A program made the position numbers and the translations under genes. From contig OX597817.1 of assembly GCA_951406725.2 (NCBI GenBank), positions 29,760,001 to 29,824,000 on the forward strand: 64,000 bases of DNA, written 5' to 3'. Shown piece by piece: positions 39,451 to 52,137 of the stretch (the first letter of the stretch is position 1; each line of letters begins with the position of its first letter). The notes beneath the pieces were generated by a model that made no database searches, was not told where the DNA came from, and saw nothing but the letters and a program-made list of their open reading frames with translations. The stretch comes from Octopus vulgaris. Taxonomy: Eukaryota.

Positions 39451-42402
39451 AGAAGTAGGGGTCGGGGGAAAGGATAGGTGAGGAGGGGGGAGAGGGGGTT
39501 AGATGAGGAGGGGGGAAGTTGAGACCAAATGGCGTATAAGAGCGAAGAGAGAAGATTAATTCCTGTTCACGGCGCAAACGGGAATCCGGATGGCCTCTGT
39601 GTAAGGACAAACCGAACACAGATAGGTGTTGCAAGGAGTGACCGGTGGAGCGGAAATGGCGTGAGACCGGTGTGTCGTTCGCAAGGTGGATGTCACGAAG
39701 GTGTTCCGCGAACCGGTCAGCCAAGCGGCGTCCCGTTTGTCCGATGTACAAGGAATTGCAGAGAGAGCAAGAGATGCAATAGATAATATTGCTGGAGGTG
39801 CAGGTGAAGGAGTGGATGATGGGATAGGGTCGATGGTGGGTGCTAGTGAGGCGGGTGGTGTTGGAGAGGTAAGGGCAAGTGCGGCAACGTGGGCGGGAGC
39901 AGGGGAACGAGCCGGGTTGGGAGGTAGGGTCAGGGAAGGAGCTATGGACCAAAAGGTCTCGAAGGTTGTGGGCTCGTTTGAAAGAGGGGAGGGGTCGGTT
40001 AGGGAAGAGGTGTGAAGTGGACGGGTCGGACTGGAGATGACGGAAAGCTCGAAGAATGGTGCGTTGGAGACGTAGGGTCGTGGGGTGGTAAGTGAGGGGA
40101 AAAGGGAGGCGGGAGACTACAGGGCGGGTTCGGGGAGAGAGAGCAGATACACGTTCCACGGACCGTGCTCTGGCAAGGGCGGTGTGGATAGTGGTGAGGG
40201 GGTATCCACGTAGGGTGAAGTGGTGAGCCATACGTTGAGACTGAGTCTCAAAGTCATGGTCGTCACTACAGAGCCTACGTAGACGGAGGAATTGGAAATA
40301 GGGGATGGAAAGCTTGGTGTGTTCTGGGTGGGAGGAAGAGAAGTTGAGGTATGAGTGTGAGTCTGTGTGTTTGTAGTGAATGGAGGTGGTAAGAGTGGAG
40401 TGAAGAATGCTAACCGAAATGTCGAGGAAGGAGACAGAGGTGTTGGAGATAGTGGAAGTGAAGTGGAGGGCTGGATGGAAAGATTGGACGAAAGAGAGGA
40501 AGGAATCTAGATGTTCGCGGGAGAGTGAGGTGGCACCGATAATGTCGTCAATGTAACGACCATATAGTTCAGGAGTGGGACCAGTGAAATTAGAGAATAT
40601 TTGGGCCTCAACATAGCCAACGAACAGGTTCGCGTAGTTGGGGCCCATTCGCGTTCCCATGGCCACTCCCGAGACCTGATGGTAGAACTCGCCCGCGAAC
40701 GAGAAGCAGTTCAGAGTAAGGACAAGTTCGGCCAGACGAATGAGTGTGGAGGTGTCAGGTACAGGGCTAGAGCGGAGGTCAAGAAAGTGTCGAAGGGCCT
40801 GCAGTCCTTCGTGGTGAGGGATTACAGTATAGAGGCTTTGGATGTCCATAGTAAAAAGGATTTTGGAGGAGCCGGGAGGAAAGGAGAAAGAGTTGAAAAG
40901 CCGGAGAGCATGGTTGGTATCGTGGATGTGGGAGGGAAGAGATGCCACTAGGGGGGCAAGGACACGGTCGAGGTATTTAGAGATGAGCTCCGTGGGGCAG
41001 TTACAGGCGGAGACGATGGGGCGGCCAGGGTTGTTGGGTTTGTGGATTTTGGGGAGGAAGTAAATGGTGGGGGTACGTGGGGTTCGCACAATTAGAATGG
41101 ATGCGGTGCGGGGGAGACGGGAGGACGAGATGAGGTCTTGGACAGTAGAGGATACCGTCTGTTGGTAGCTACGTGTGGGGTTAGAGGGCAGAGGGGAATA
41201 GAAGGAGGTGTCATTGAGTTGGCGGAAAGCCTCGGCCCTATAGAGGTCCGCGCGCCACACCACTACAGCTCCACCCTTGTCAGCCGGTTTGATGATAATG
41301 TCAGCGCGTCGTTGGAGGGAACGAAGAGCCAAGAGCTCAGCCGGGGAGATGTTGAGGCGGCGTTGGCGCCTGGAGAAGTTGAACCGCTCCAATGCACGCT
41401 GACAAGCGCCCGCGAAAAGATCCACTGCTAGGATCTGGCCAGGGGCAGGCGTCCACAGGGATGGTCGGCGGCCCAGGCCAGTGAAGCAGTCCCTCTTCGT
41501 TGGGTGTGGGTGGCGAGTCGTGGTAATGCGCACCCAACCGGACACGGCGCACAAAGCTGTGGACATCAACTCGCGTCTGGAATTCCTTACAGGATGGAGT
41601 GAGGGGGATGAAACGCAGACCCCTACCAAGGACGGAGCGTTCAGCCGCAGAGAGGGGACGATCGGGGGGAATGATAACAACAGACGGAAGTGGAGAAGGG
41701 GTGGGTGGAATAGAAGTAGGAGGGGTGGTAGGTCTCGTGGAGGTCTGAGGGGGAGGGATTGGGGAGGTGTGTAGGGGTGGTTGGGCGGGGCAGTAGGGTT
41801 AGGTGTAGGTGGATGGAGCCTAACGGGAGGGGAGAAGGGGTTGTAGGGAGGGGCAGTGGGGTTAGGTGTGGGTGGATGGAGCCTATCGGGAGGGGAGAAG
41901 GGTGGTGGAGGAGTTGGGGTAGTGGCGTCGGGTAGGGTGGAATGGAAGAGTGATTGGAGTTTACGAAGTTTGGTATCAGAAAGAAATTGATGGAAGAGTT
42001 GATTCAAATGGATAATGAAGCGTAGCGTGTTTGGAGCATAGAGAGGCGGCAGAGAGGAGAAGAAGGTGGAGAAAGCAGGAGGAAGAAGGCGGTTGATGGC
42101 ATGTAGTTTGGAGAGATTGGAGCGAATGGTGGCCCGCATAAGGCGGTAAGATGTGGTGCGGAGTATGGGTAAGATGGAAGAATCCGAGTGGAGGGCAGGG
42201 TGGAAGTGGAGGCAGAAACCTTTAGGGATGAGTCGGTGATGTAGGCAGCGGCTTAGGAAAGAGACATGGCTAGAGAAGCGGGTTTTTTAAAAAGAAGTAG
42301 AGAGAGATTAACGGACGGCTGAAGGCAATATACAGGAAGCGAACGGAGATGATCCTTCAAACGGTGATGGAGGGTGAGGAGGTAGGACCTAGGATCCGGC
42401 AT
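39239..42402 (-). pseudogene. PLE polyprotein: reverse transcriptase + Zn-finger linker + GIY-YIG endonuclease, with apparent frameshifts in the N-terminal third
   Basis: KPADKGGAVVVW, FLPKIHKPNNPGRPIVS, TMDIQSLYT, GVAMGTRMGPNYANLFV, RYIDD, FLDI, CSRPRCRTC, NIIYCISCSLCNSLYIGQTGRRLADRFAEH, PFGLN; probable true start MPDPRS at ~42402. Confidence 0.9.
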
Positions 42403-43020
42403 GATGGGATAGCGGAAAAAAAACGTTCGAAAAAACAAAAAAAAAACAAAAAACAAAAATTATCGTATGAAAAAAATAGAAAAAAAGGATAGCGAAAAAA
42501 GGGGAAAAAACAAACGTTCAAAAAAACAAAAAAATAATAATCGTATGAAAAAACAGATAAGTAAGCGATAGGGGCAGAAAAGACGGGGCAAACGGAAAAG
42601 GGAAAGAAAGAAGGGAAGCAGAGAGAGGGGGAGGCAAAAAAAGGGGGGTGCAGGCAGAGGAAACGGAGTATGGACATCCAGAGAGGGAAGAAAGACGGAA
42701 AGGAGAACAAATATGCAGGAAAATGTGGAAAGCATGAAATGAATGTAAAAAAAGTGGTAATATAAGAGAAAATAAAAATACAACAAACGGGACAGCTTAT
42801 GCGAACAAGTTCAAGGTTGAAAGTTCAAGGTGAGAAATGTGTAGACGTCGTGGTATATTTTTTAAGGATTTCACATCAATGCAAAGTCACTTTGATCCGC
42901 GAAAGAGAGGTGCAGCCAATGGTAAGTATCCAAGAGGTAAAGAAAATCCAAGGTAGAGGTAAGTGTTGATAGTGGTATTGGTAGAATATAGGATGAAAGT
43001 GAGACCACGTGAGCGCATAA

Positions 43021-43915
43021 TATATAACGGGAAGCTTTATGAAAATAAACAAAAGACGAAGGCAGGTGGAAAACAAACGAACAATTGTATTAGTATGGCG
43101 CTCAGGAAATATAAATAAAACAAGTCTTTAACGTTTCGAGCCTACGCTCTTCAACAGAAAGATACACAGAGAGAAAAAAAACACAGAAAGAAGGAGAGAA
43201 AAAAATGCGTGCAGTAGCTAACGAATCAACATGGCGATCTGATTTCGGCCAGAGGTCAAAGATCAAACATGAGACGCGAGAGCGAAATAAGGGGAGATAA
43301 TAGGGTTGATAAAGGGTTGAGGGACCAGCTAATAGTGCGTAGGAGGGGTTTGGATGTGTGTATGTATAGGGTTGGTGTATGTATTAGTATGTATAAGGGT
43401 GTGTGTGTGTGTGTGAGAGAGTATTAGTGCGTAGGATTGGTCTGGACGTGCGTATGTATGGGGTTGGTGTATGTATTAGTATGTATTAGTATGTATTAGT
43501 ACGTATTAGTATGTATAAGTGTGTGTGTGTGTGTATGAGAGAGTATAAGTGCGTATGCGGGGTCTGGACGTGTGTATGTATAGGGTTGGTGTATGTATTA
43601 GTATGTACTAGTATGTATTAGTACGTATTAGTATGTATTAGTTGGTGTATGTATTAGTATGGCACATCATATGTGATGTGATGTGTAAAGTCATGTGGTG
43701 TAGTGAGGAGAACAGGGGGAGAGGGAGAACAGGGGAGGGGGAGAAGAGGGGGAGGAGAGGATGGGGGAGAAGGAAGGGGAGGAGGGGGGATGAAGGAGGA
43801 AAGAGGGAGAGGGGGAGAGAGAAGGGGAGAGAGGGAGTGAAGGAGCAGAGGGAAGGGGAAGAGGGACGGAGAAAGAGGGAAGAAGGGGAGTAGGGGTGAA
43901 AGGATGAAGGACTGA
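43021..43915 (-). repeat. 5' pseudo-LTR of the PLE
   Basis: Direct repeat of 38569-39450. Confidence 0.9.
43125..43162 (-). ncRNA. Minimal hammerhead-like motif in the 5' pseudo-LTR
   Basis: TCTTT-CTGTTGA-A-GAGC GTAG GCTC-GAAA-CG-TT-AAAGA. Confidence 0.6.
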
Positions 43916-44029
43916 TATATATATATTGGTAAAAACGGTAAGATAACAGAAGAAAGAAAGAGACCTTAATATTATGTAAATAGAGGAAATTTATCTGTAA
44001 AATAATATGTGACAATTATTCTGTAGCTA

Positions 44030-44092
44030 AGATAAAACTCTGAGTTTCGGATGCCGAGGTGGAAATCCACAACACCATCTCTTCAGTTATCT
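44030..44092 (-). ncRNA. Type I hammerhead motif in a separate TA-embedded fragment (~43927-44142)
   Basis: AGATAA-CTGAAGA-GATG..GTGGA TT TCCAC..CATC-C-GAAA-CTC A GAG-TT-TTATCT: 6-bp stem I and canonical core. Confidence 0.75.
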
Positions 44093-44325
44093 GGCCATCT
44101 GAAAAACGCTATGAAAAAGGACCATTATACAAAGGGAAATATGCATATATATATATAGAGAGAGAGTGCATTACTATACATAAAAGCCACATGCCTGGAG
44201 GGACTCTTAAAGTCAAAACTACCAATATAAATAAACACATCATACCTAATGCAACTCTCGAAGCAAGTCATTTAAAAACAGAATTTAGCTGCAGATCACT
44301 GTGATTTCATAATTATATATATATA

Positions 44326-44360
<35 letters not shown>

Positions 44361-45054
44361 CAAGAGAAATTCATAGAGAGATAGAACACTCAAGCTTAGA
44401 TAGATAAACTGCTTATGTGGAAAGATTCAGTTGCAAGGCTGAAATACCTTTGATTATATCTGCTTGGTCCGAGTTGACTTTGGGTTGAACAGCAACAACT
44501 ACTTATGAGCATACATCAGCTCACTTCATTCCATAAAGTATTGCCAACATCTTTGTAATCTATGATTATACATGAGAATCCTGCTGTTGAGAATTTTCTG
44601 AAGCTTTCTGAAACCACTGTTTATAGATGCACAATATGTAATCCAGAAAGCATAAATTATATTATATTATGTAACTTAGCAATCCAGTCTTAAATTAGAT
44701 GTATTCCAGCTGTTAGCTGATGTTCTGTTTTCAATAATATTTTAGTTATTTATTCAACACCAGTGAAAAAAATTTAGCATTAGCAATATTCAACTCTAAT
44801 AAAGAAATACAGGCAACAAATAGATAAAAGTATGAAAATTATCATTTGTTGTTCACACTGTAGGGCTTACTCTCTTAGTTTGTTACTGAGTGTGTTGGGT
44901 TTGATATTTGAATTCTTGCAAAAGAAATGAAGAATAAGATGGGATGTTGTTTTATGAGAAAAAGAACATGGTCAGAGAATTTCAATTTGTGAGGTAGTTT
45001 AATGTTTATAAATTTAATGTGTATAGATTTAAGCAATAACTCTTATGGTATGAA

Positions 45055-45325
45055 TATGTTTCTTTATTAGCACACAGGGCTGAACACAGATGGGACAAAT
45101 TACAAAGTAGAGAAAAAAAAAGTGGGGTAGGTTTTCGATCAAAAGGGATCGTAAAAAGGAAAGGAAAAAAAAACATCAATAGGGAGTGTGTATCACAGAA
45201 ATGTCATGATGTAAAGTGTAAAGGGGGAAACAGATAAGGTTTATCCATGGAAAGAAAAGCCTACGGAAAAGACCACGGTAACCTCAGTCAATAATGTCAC
45301 ATGTTAACGCATTTATTTGCAAGAT
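45055..45325 (-). mobile_element. Tx1/L1-like LINE 3' UTR fragment
   Basis: Reverse complement of 34955-35252. Confidence 0.65.
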
Positions 45326-45403
45326 GAATATGTATTTTGTATAGAAATAGATGAGTTAACATGCATAGAAAAAGCCAGACAGACAGACAGGCAGATAGAT
45401 AGG

Positions 45404-45477
<74 letters not shown>

Positions 45478-45887
45478 ATAAATAGGTAGGTGGGTAGATA
45501 AATAGAGAGAGAGAGATTGAGGCTGTGATAATTACATTCAATGTATATTTGAATAGTATTCTGAAAAAAAAAAGCATGTAAGGCTATTTGGGGGGGTTAA
45601 ATCATTGCAATAATCATTTCAAATCTTAATAGAGATATGCACAATATATAGAGGGCAAATTCAAAATTGAAAGAGAAAATTCTCAAAAATTAATGTAATT
45701 CTAAAACTTTTTTTCAAAATTATATGTGAATGTTTATAAATGTAACTTCCAGAGAGCTTTTGTTTTCCAGTAATTTATCTACTAAAGCTAGTGATACGAA
45801 AGGCCACTGAATACCAGAAGCTTCTGTGCATATGTTTTAAAACAAGATCTTTATTTTGATCTTCATTGCAATTGCTCATCTATTTTA

Positions 45888-46454
45888 TTCGGTTGTCCAG
45901 AAAGCTTGTGCCAATTTTTAAAGGAAAGAAAAAGACCAATAAATACTTACCATTACATTTTTAATCAACCAAATATGAACCATTTTGTTGCACAATGCAT
46001 CTCCATCTTTCCTTTAACTTGAAAATACCCTCTTCCCAGAATTCAGGTGGTTTCATGGCAAAGAATTCATCAAGGTATCTTTATATGTCAGCCAAGGAAT
46101 TGAAATGTTTACCATTAAGACTATTCTGCAAAGACCTGAATAAGTGGAAATCCGTAGGAGCAATATCTGGTGAATATGGAGTGTGGGGTAACACATCCCA
46201 GCCGAGCTGCAGCAATTTTTGTCTGTTTCCCAAAGCATCAAGTGCCGAAAATGAACTTTATTATCTTCCACTTTAAAGGATTACAGAATTAACACAGGTT
46301 ATAGGAACATAAACCTTCTTCCATCGAAAAGATAGCTTAAACTGTGCTCTAAATGGAGGTGTGGTCAAATCCTATTTTATGGACTCAACCATGTTCTGAA
46401 ATAAGTCGAAATGTAAGCTGCTATAAATTGGCACGAACTTTCTGGACAACCCAA
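45888..46454 (-). mobile_element. Internally deleted mariner element with ~30-bp TIRs
   Basis: TA|TTCGGTTGTCCAGAAAG... and ...CTTTCTGGACAACCCAA; internal minus-strand GWDVLPHTPYSPDIAPTDFHLFRSLQNSL. Confidence 0.9.
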
Positions 46455-46499
46455 CATAAAGATCTGTTTTCATTAAAATATTACTCCATAAGCTAATTG

Positions 46500-47130
46500 G
46501 TGGAGGTTCATGGCTTAGTTTTTAGGGTGCTGGATTCATAATCATAAAATCATGGTTTCGATTCCTGAACTGAGTGATGTGTTGTGCTCTTGAACAAAAA
46601 CTCTTCTTTTCATGTTGCTCCAGTCCTCTCAGCTGATAAAAATTCGTAATCCTGTGATGGACTGCCATCGCATCAAGGGAGAAATGTATACACCAGGCCA
46701 ACTGAGAAACCAGCCCTATGCTCATTCATCATCATCGTTTAACGTCTGCTTTCCATTCTAGCATGGGTTGGACGATTTAACTGAGGTCTGGTGAACCAGA
46801 TAGCTGCACCAGGCTTCAATCAGATCTGGCAGAGTTTCTACAGCTGGATGCCCTTCCTAACGCCAACCACTCCAAGAGTGTAGTGAGTGCTTTTACGTGC
46901 CACCGGCATGAGGGCCAGTCAGGTGGTGCTGGCAATGGCCACGCTCAAATGCTCCTTTTTATGTGCCACCTGCACAGGAGCCACTCCAATGGCACTGGCA
47001 ACAACCTTGCTCGAATGTTTTTTCACGTGCCACCAGCACAAGTGCCAGTAAGGTAACGATCATGCTCGAATGGTGTTTTTTACGTGCCACCGGCACGGAG
47101 GCCAGCTTGTTGCTCTGGCAACGATCATGT
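46500..47130. mobile_element. Old family-B-like SINE (+, 46500-46720) tail-to-tail with a family D SINE (-, 46721-47130)
   Basis: CCTGTGATGGACTG motif, then a (CAT)n tail and GGATGCCCTTCCTAACGCCAACC. Confidence 0.75.
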
Positions 47131-47602
47131 TCATGGAGTAATATAGACTAATCATAAACTAATTGACAATTTAAAAGGAAGAGGTTCTCTTTGCATCGTC
47201 TTTCAAGCAACTGATTTACTTATATATGAAAGTGTCTATATGCAATGAGATAAAGTGCGTTGTTAAATAATTGATACAATATCATAATCCGAATGTTTAT
47301 GGCATATTATTTTGTCATATTATTAAACATTTTGTCTCTTTGCCACCCTATAATAATCTTCTCAGCTGTTGCCATACAACTTTTACATTGTCATCCTCCT
47401 CTTCCATCATCATATTCACGATGATGATGATCATCATCATCATCATTATCATTATCATTTTCTTTAATACTTTCATCTTCGTTCACATATTTTCACCATC
47501 AATATTATCAGTTTAATCTACACCATCACTAATGCCGTTACCACCAACAACACTACCACCAATAACACCATCATCATCATCATCTTTGTCGTGATCACTG
47601 TC

Positions 47603-47657
<55 letters not shown>

Positions 47658-47869
47658 ATGTCATTGACATCTGTTAGAGAAGGAAAAAAAATTAAACATT
47701 CTTTGATTTGATTGATATTATATTTGTTGTTGTTTGCTTTATCTTTTACAATATTTTCCAATAGAAATTTTATTCAAGCCAATATAATTACATTTGAATT
47801 AATCGCCTTCCATTTTTGTCACTATACTTCCGTTTCCTTTTATTTCATTTTCTAGTTTTGTTTCTGTGC

Positions 47870-47900
<31 letters not shown>

Positions 47901-48852
47901 TTTTTGCTTTTAGATACTAATTTCATAGTAGATACATTTTGAAAACAGACTTCAAGTTAATACACTTGTAGACGACAAGTGGATTATGCAGATGACAAAT
48001 TATCACCAATATGATATTTATTGTATAAAGATAAGAACAATAAAGGGAAAGATTATAGTAAAAAGAAAAAAAAAGACAAGATGAAAGAAAGAAAAAAGAA
48101 AGAAAGAGAATAAATAATTGACAAAAAGAAGTCTCAACAGAAAAAAGAAATAAAATATAAACAAAAATAAATGTAAGAAACAAAATTTATGAAAGATTTA
48201 AGAAGGAAAGAATAACGTAAAAGAAGAAAATAGTCCTTGTAATTGAAGTTTTATTGTTAAAATAGTTATTCTGCAAGCATTATGATTTGGTTGTTGGCAT
48301 GATAAGATATCCTTAGCAAGAATTTGATTAAATGTTTTTAAATTTAATTTAGAAACTCGTAGCTGGTTCTTCACGAATGTTGTTGTTTTTTAGCCCCAGG
48401 TTAACCCAGCCGAGCTTTGACTAAATATGATTTATGATCTAAGTTGGGACTACTTCAATTTGCTGTTAATCTTTCTGTAAGTTTTCCTGTTTACTTTGTT
48501 CTTTTATTCAACCATTCCTTTCTCTCTTTCTTCTTACAACCATTCCTTCCTGCTTTAACCTCCACCACCACCACCACCTCATTACAACAAGAATTTTCTG
48601 TTCAGTCTCCCTACTTCACCCAAACAAATATTCTTACTTTCTCTGACATCTCTTATCTCTTTTTCTCTTATTACGTCCTCCTCAATAACCCCACAACCCT
48701 CTGAAACGTCCTGCTACCATTTCTTTTCTATTTAATCTATCCTGTACCCCAAAGGGATTCTTTCTCTTTAATGAAGGACTTATGACTAAAATGTTGGAAT
48801 TTTCCACTCCAAATTACATATCTAATACATACAAATTTTGATGATGTAGACC

Positions 48853-49232
<380 letters not shown>

Positions 49233-49923
49233 TACATAGCTGTCTGTCTCTATAGCTCTGTCTCTGTTTCCCTCTCACTCTCGCTTTTATATTTATGCAT
49301 GTATATATGTATATATATATATGATAAAGCAGTGAAATAAAAATGTTAATGATAAAAACAGTTTCTTAACCTCTAGCATAGACAAGGCTTGTACAGATAA
49401 TATAAGAGGAGATGATAATCGATCATTAGAATTTTATTAATCATTGTATCCAATACATGTGGGCCCATATCAAAATAAGGGAGAAATTCTGATAAGATGA
49501 CTACTACAACTCCAGTATATTGCAATAATTATGTCCGTGAATGAGAGGAATGGAATAAACAGCACCAAAAGCATATTATGAAACTTTTAAGATACTTCAT
49601 AACTCTGCAGTCTTCTTTCTCATCAGCTATTTTTCCCCTACTGGAAATCCCACGCTGTAATGAATTCACCAAGTAGATTCAGGAAAAATATTTCTACATT
49701 TCAAAAGTTAAAAGTGAATGCCAATAGGAATTCATGAAGTAGCCACTCGTGGGCCTCTTTTGCAAATAACTTCGGTGAAGCAGAATGGAGAGTGGTTGTA
49801 AGAAAGTCAACTCCTTTTCTCTGGAAATGGATTTATGTAGTTCTTTGGTGATTACTATTTACCTTATGTGGATTATAAAGCTGATAAAAGGTGCCTAGTG
49901 ACAAAGTCAGAGTACAAGATGCA

Positions 49924-50085
49924 ACTCTCTTTTACTCTTTTACTCTTTTACTTGTTTCAGTCATTTGACGGCGGCCATGCTGGAGCACCGCCTTTAGTCG
50001 AGCAAATCAACCCCGGGACTTATTCTTAGTAAGCCCAGTACTTATTCTATCGGTCTTTTTTGCCGAACCGCTAAGTGACGGGGGT
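49924..50085 (-). mobile_element. SINE family A 3' fragment
   Basis: Match to the tail region. Confidence 0.85.
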
Positions 50086-50176
50086 AATCAAGTTTATAAA
50101 TTACTATTATCATTATTTACAAAATTGTAAAAATCGACACTGCTTATCTAAAAACCATCTCACATTAGTGATATGA

Positions 50177-50207
<31 letters not shown>

Positions 50208-50889
50208 TACATATATTTATATATATATAATAAAATATTAGGGAATAAATCCAAACTTACAGGGAAAAATCAGATTTAGGATTAAATCCAATTTTATAGT
50301 ATAAATATATTATATTATATTATATTATATTAAATTAGAGATAAAACCACTATTAGGCAAATCAAACAATGAAAAACATAAGCCAATACATAAAATTAAT
50401 TTAATTTATATTATTTTAAATATATATCAAAAATATTAAAAGTTTAATAAAAGATAAAGAGTATATATATATATATACACACATAGATAGATACATAGAT
50501 AGGTAGATATTCATATAAACATGCACACAGAGAGACAGACACACACACACACTTACATAGATACACTTGACCGGTTTTCACAATTGTTGATTTTCAAAAG
50601 TCTACATTATGTGGAGCTGTCAGACAGTTATCAGTCAACTGACAGCAATCTGAGCCACATTCCTTCTATTGAAACAAACGACTTTTAGAACAAAAACCAG
50701 AAAAGTTACAATTTTTGTATGCTCCACATATCATACACTTTTGAAATCAGAAAATGTGGAGCTGTTAAGTGTGTGCATCTATGTATGTATATCTATTATC
50801 TGCATTTTCAACTTAATTTATTTCTTGTATACAACTGCTTGTTCAAATTAGCATACAAACATAAATACATGCATTCACACATTGATATA

Positions 50890-51107
50890 CTCTCTTTCTT
50901 TCTCTTTTACTCTTTTAGTTGTTTCAGTCATTTGACTGTGACCATGCTGGAGCACTGCCTTTAGTCGAGCAAATCGACCCCAGGACTTATTCTTTGTAAG
51001 CCTAGTACTTATTCTATCAGTCTCTTTTGTCAAACCGCTAAGTTACGGGGATGTAGAAACACCAGGATCGGTTGTCAAGTGATGTTGGGTGGACAAACAC
51101 AGACACA

Positions 51108-51151
<44 letters not shown>

Positions 51152-51445
51152 TATATATGATGGGTTTCTTTCAGTTTCCATCTACCAAATCCATTCACAA
51201 GGCTTTGGTCAGCCCAAGGCTATAGTAGAAGACACTTGCCCAAGGGGCCACGCAGTGGGAGTGAACCCGGAACTATGTGGTTGGTAAGCAAGCTACTTAC
51301 CACACAGCCACTCCTACACCTATAGCCACTCCTAGAGACCGATAGAATAAGTACTAGGCTTACAAATAGTAAGTCCTCGGGTTGATTTGCTCGACTAAGC
51401 CACAGTCAAATGACTGAAACAAGTAAAAGAGTAAAAGAGTAAAGG
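50890..51445 (-). mobile_element. SINE family A (-, 50890-51322) plus an inverted 3' fragment (+, 51335-51445)
   Basis: Homology to the other copies in both orientations. Confidence 0.85.
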
Positions 51446-51805
51446 GTATGTATCAATGTATGTATGTATGTATGTATGTATGTATGTATGTATGTATGTA
51501 TGTATGTATGTATGTATGTGTGTGTTTATATATGTATATATGCACACACACACACACACATATATATATATAAACATATGCAAAATGAAAGGATGAGAAG
51601 ACGAACATTAAAATGGCTAAAACAGAAAGAACTATGATTAGTCTAGAGTTAGTTTAACACTTTAATGGAGAGAAAAACATCAGCAACATTGGATCAAAGC
51701 CCTTCGCGGTAAAAGCACACAAAAGTTTGTTTGCAGAGACAAACTAATTAGAGCACTCACTCAGTAGACCTATTCATTTAGACCACCAGTGAACTAAAAC
51801 CCTCA

Positions 51806-52137
51806 TGCCACCGGCACAGGTGCCAGACGAGGCTGGCAAATGGCCACGATCGAATGGTACTTTTTATGTGCCACTGGTCCCCGTGCCGGTGGCACATAAA
51901 AAGCACCATCCGATCGTGGCCGTTTTCCAGCCTCGTCTGGCACCTGTGCCGGTGGCACGTAAAAGCACCCACTACACTCACAGAGTGGTTGGCATTAGGA
52001 AGGGCATCCAGCTGTAGAAACACTGCCAGATCAGACTGGGCCCAGTGCAGCCTTCTGGCTTCCCAGACCCCAGTTGAACCGTCCAACCCATGCCAGCATG
52101 GAAAGCGGACGTTAAATGATGATGATTATGATGATGA
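51806..52137 (+). mobile_element. SINE family D with a fold-back 5' end
   Basis: (GAT)n tail at 52118-52137; 51806-51957 is a hairpin. Confidence 0.85.

Larger units (their letters stand above)
38569..43915 (-). mobile_element. Penelope-like retroelement (Neptune-like), near full length, with direct pseudo-LTRs
   Basis: RT + GIY-YIG coding region between direct repeats 38569-39450 and 43021-43915; both ends abut (TA)n. Confidence 0.95.
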
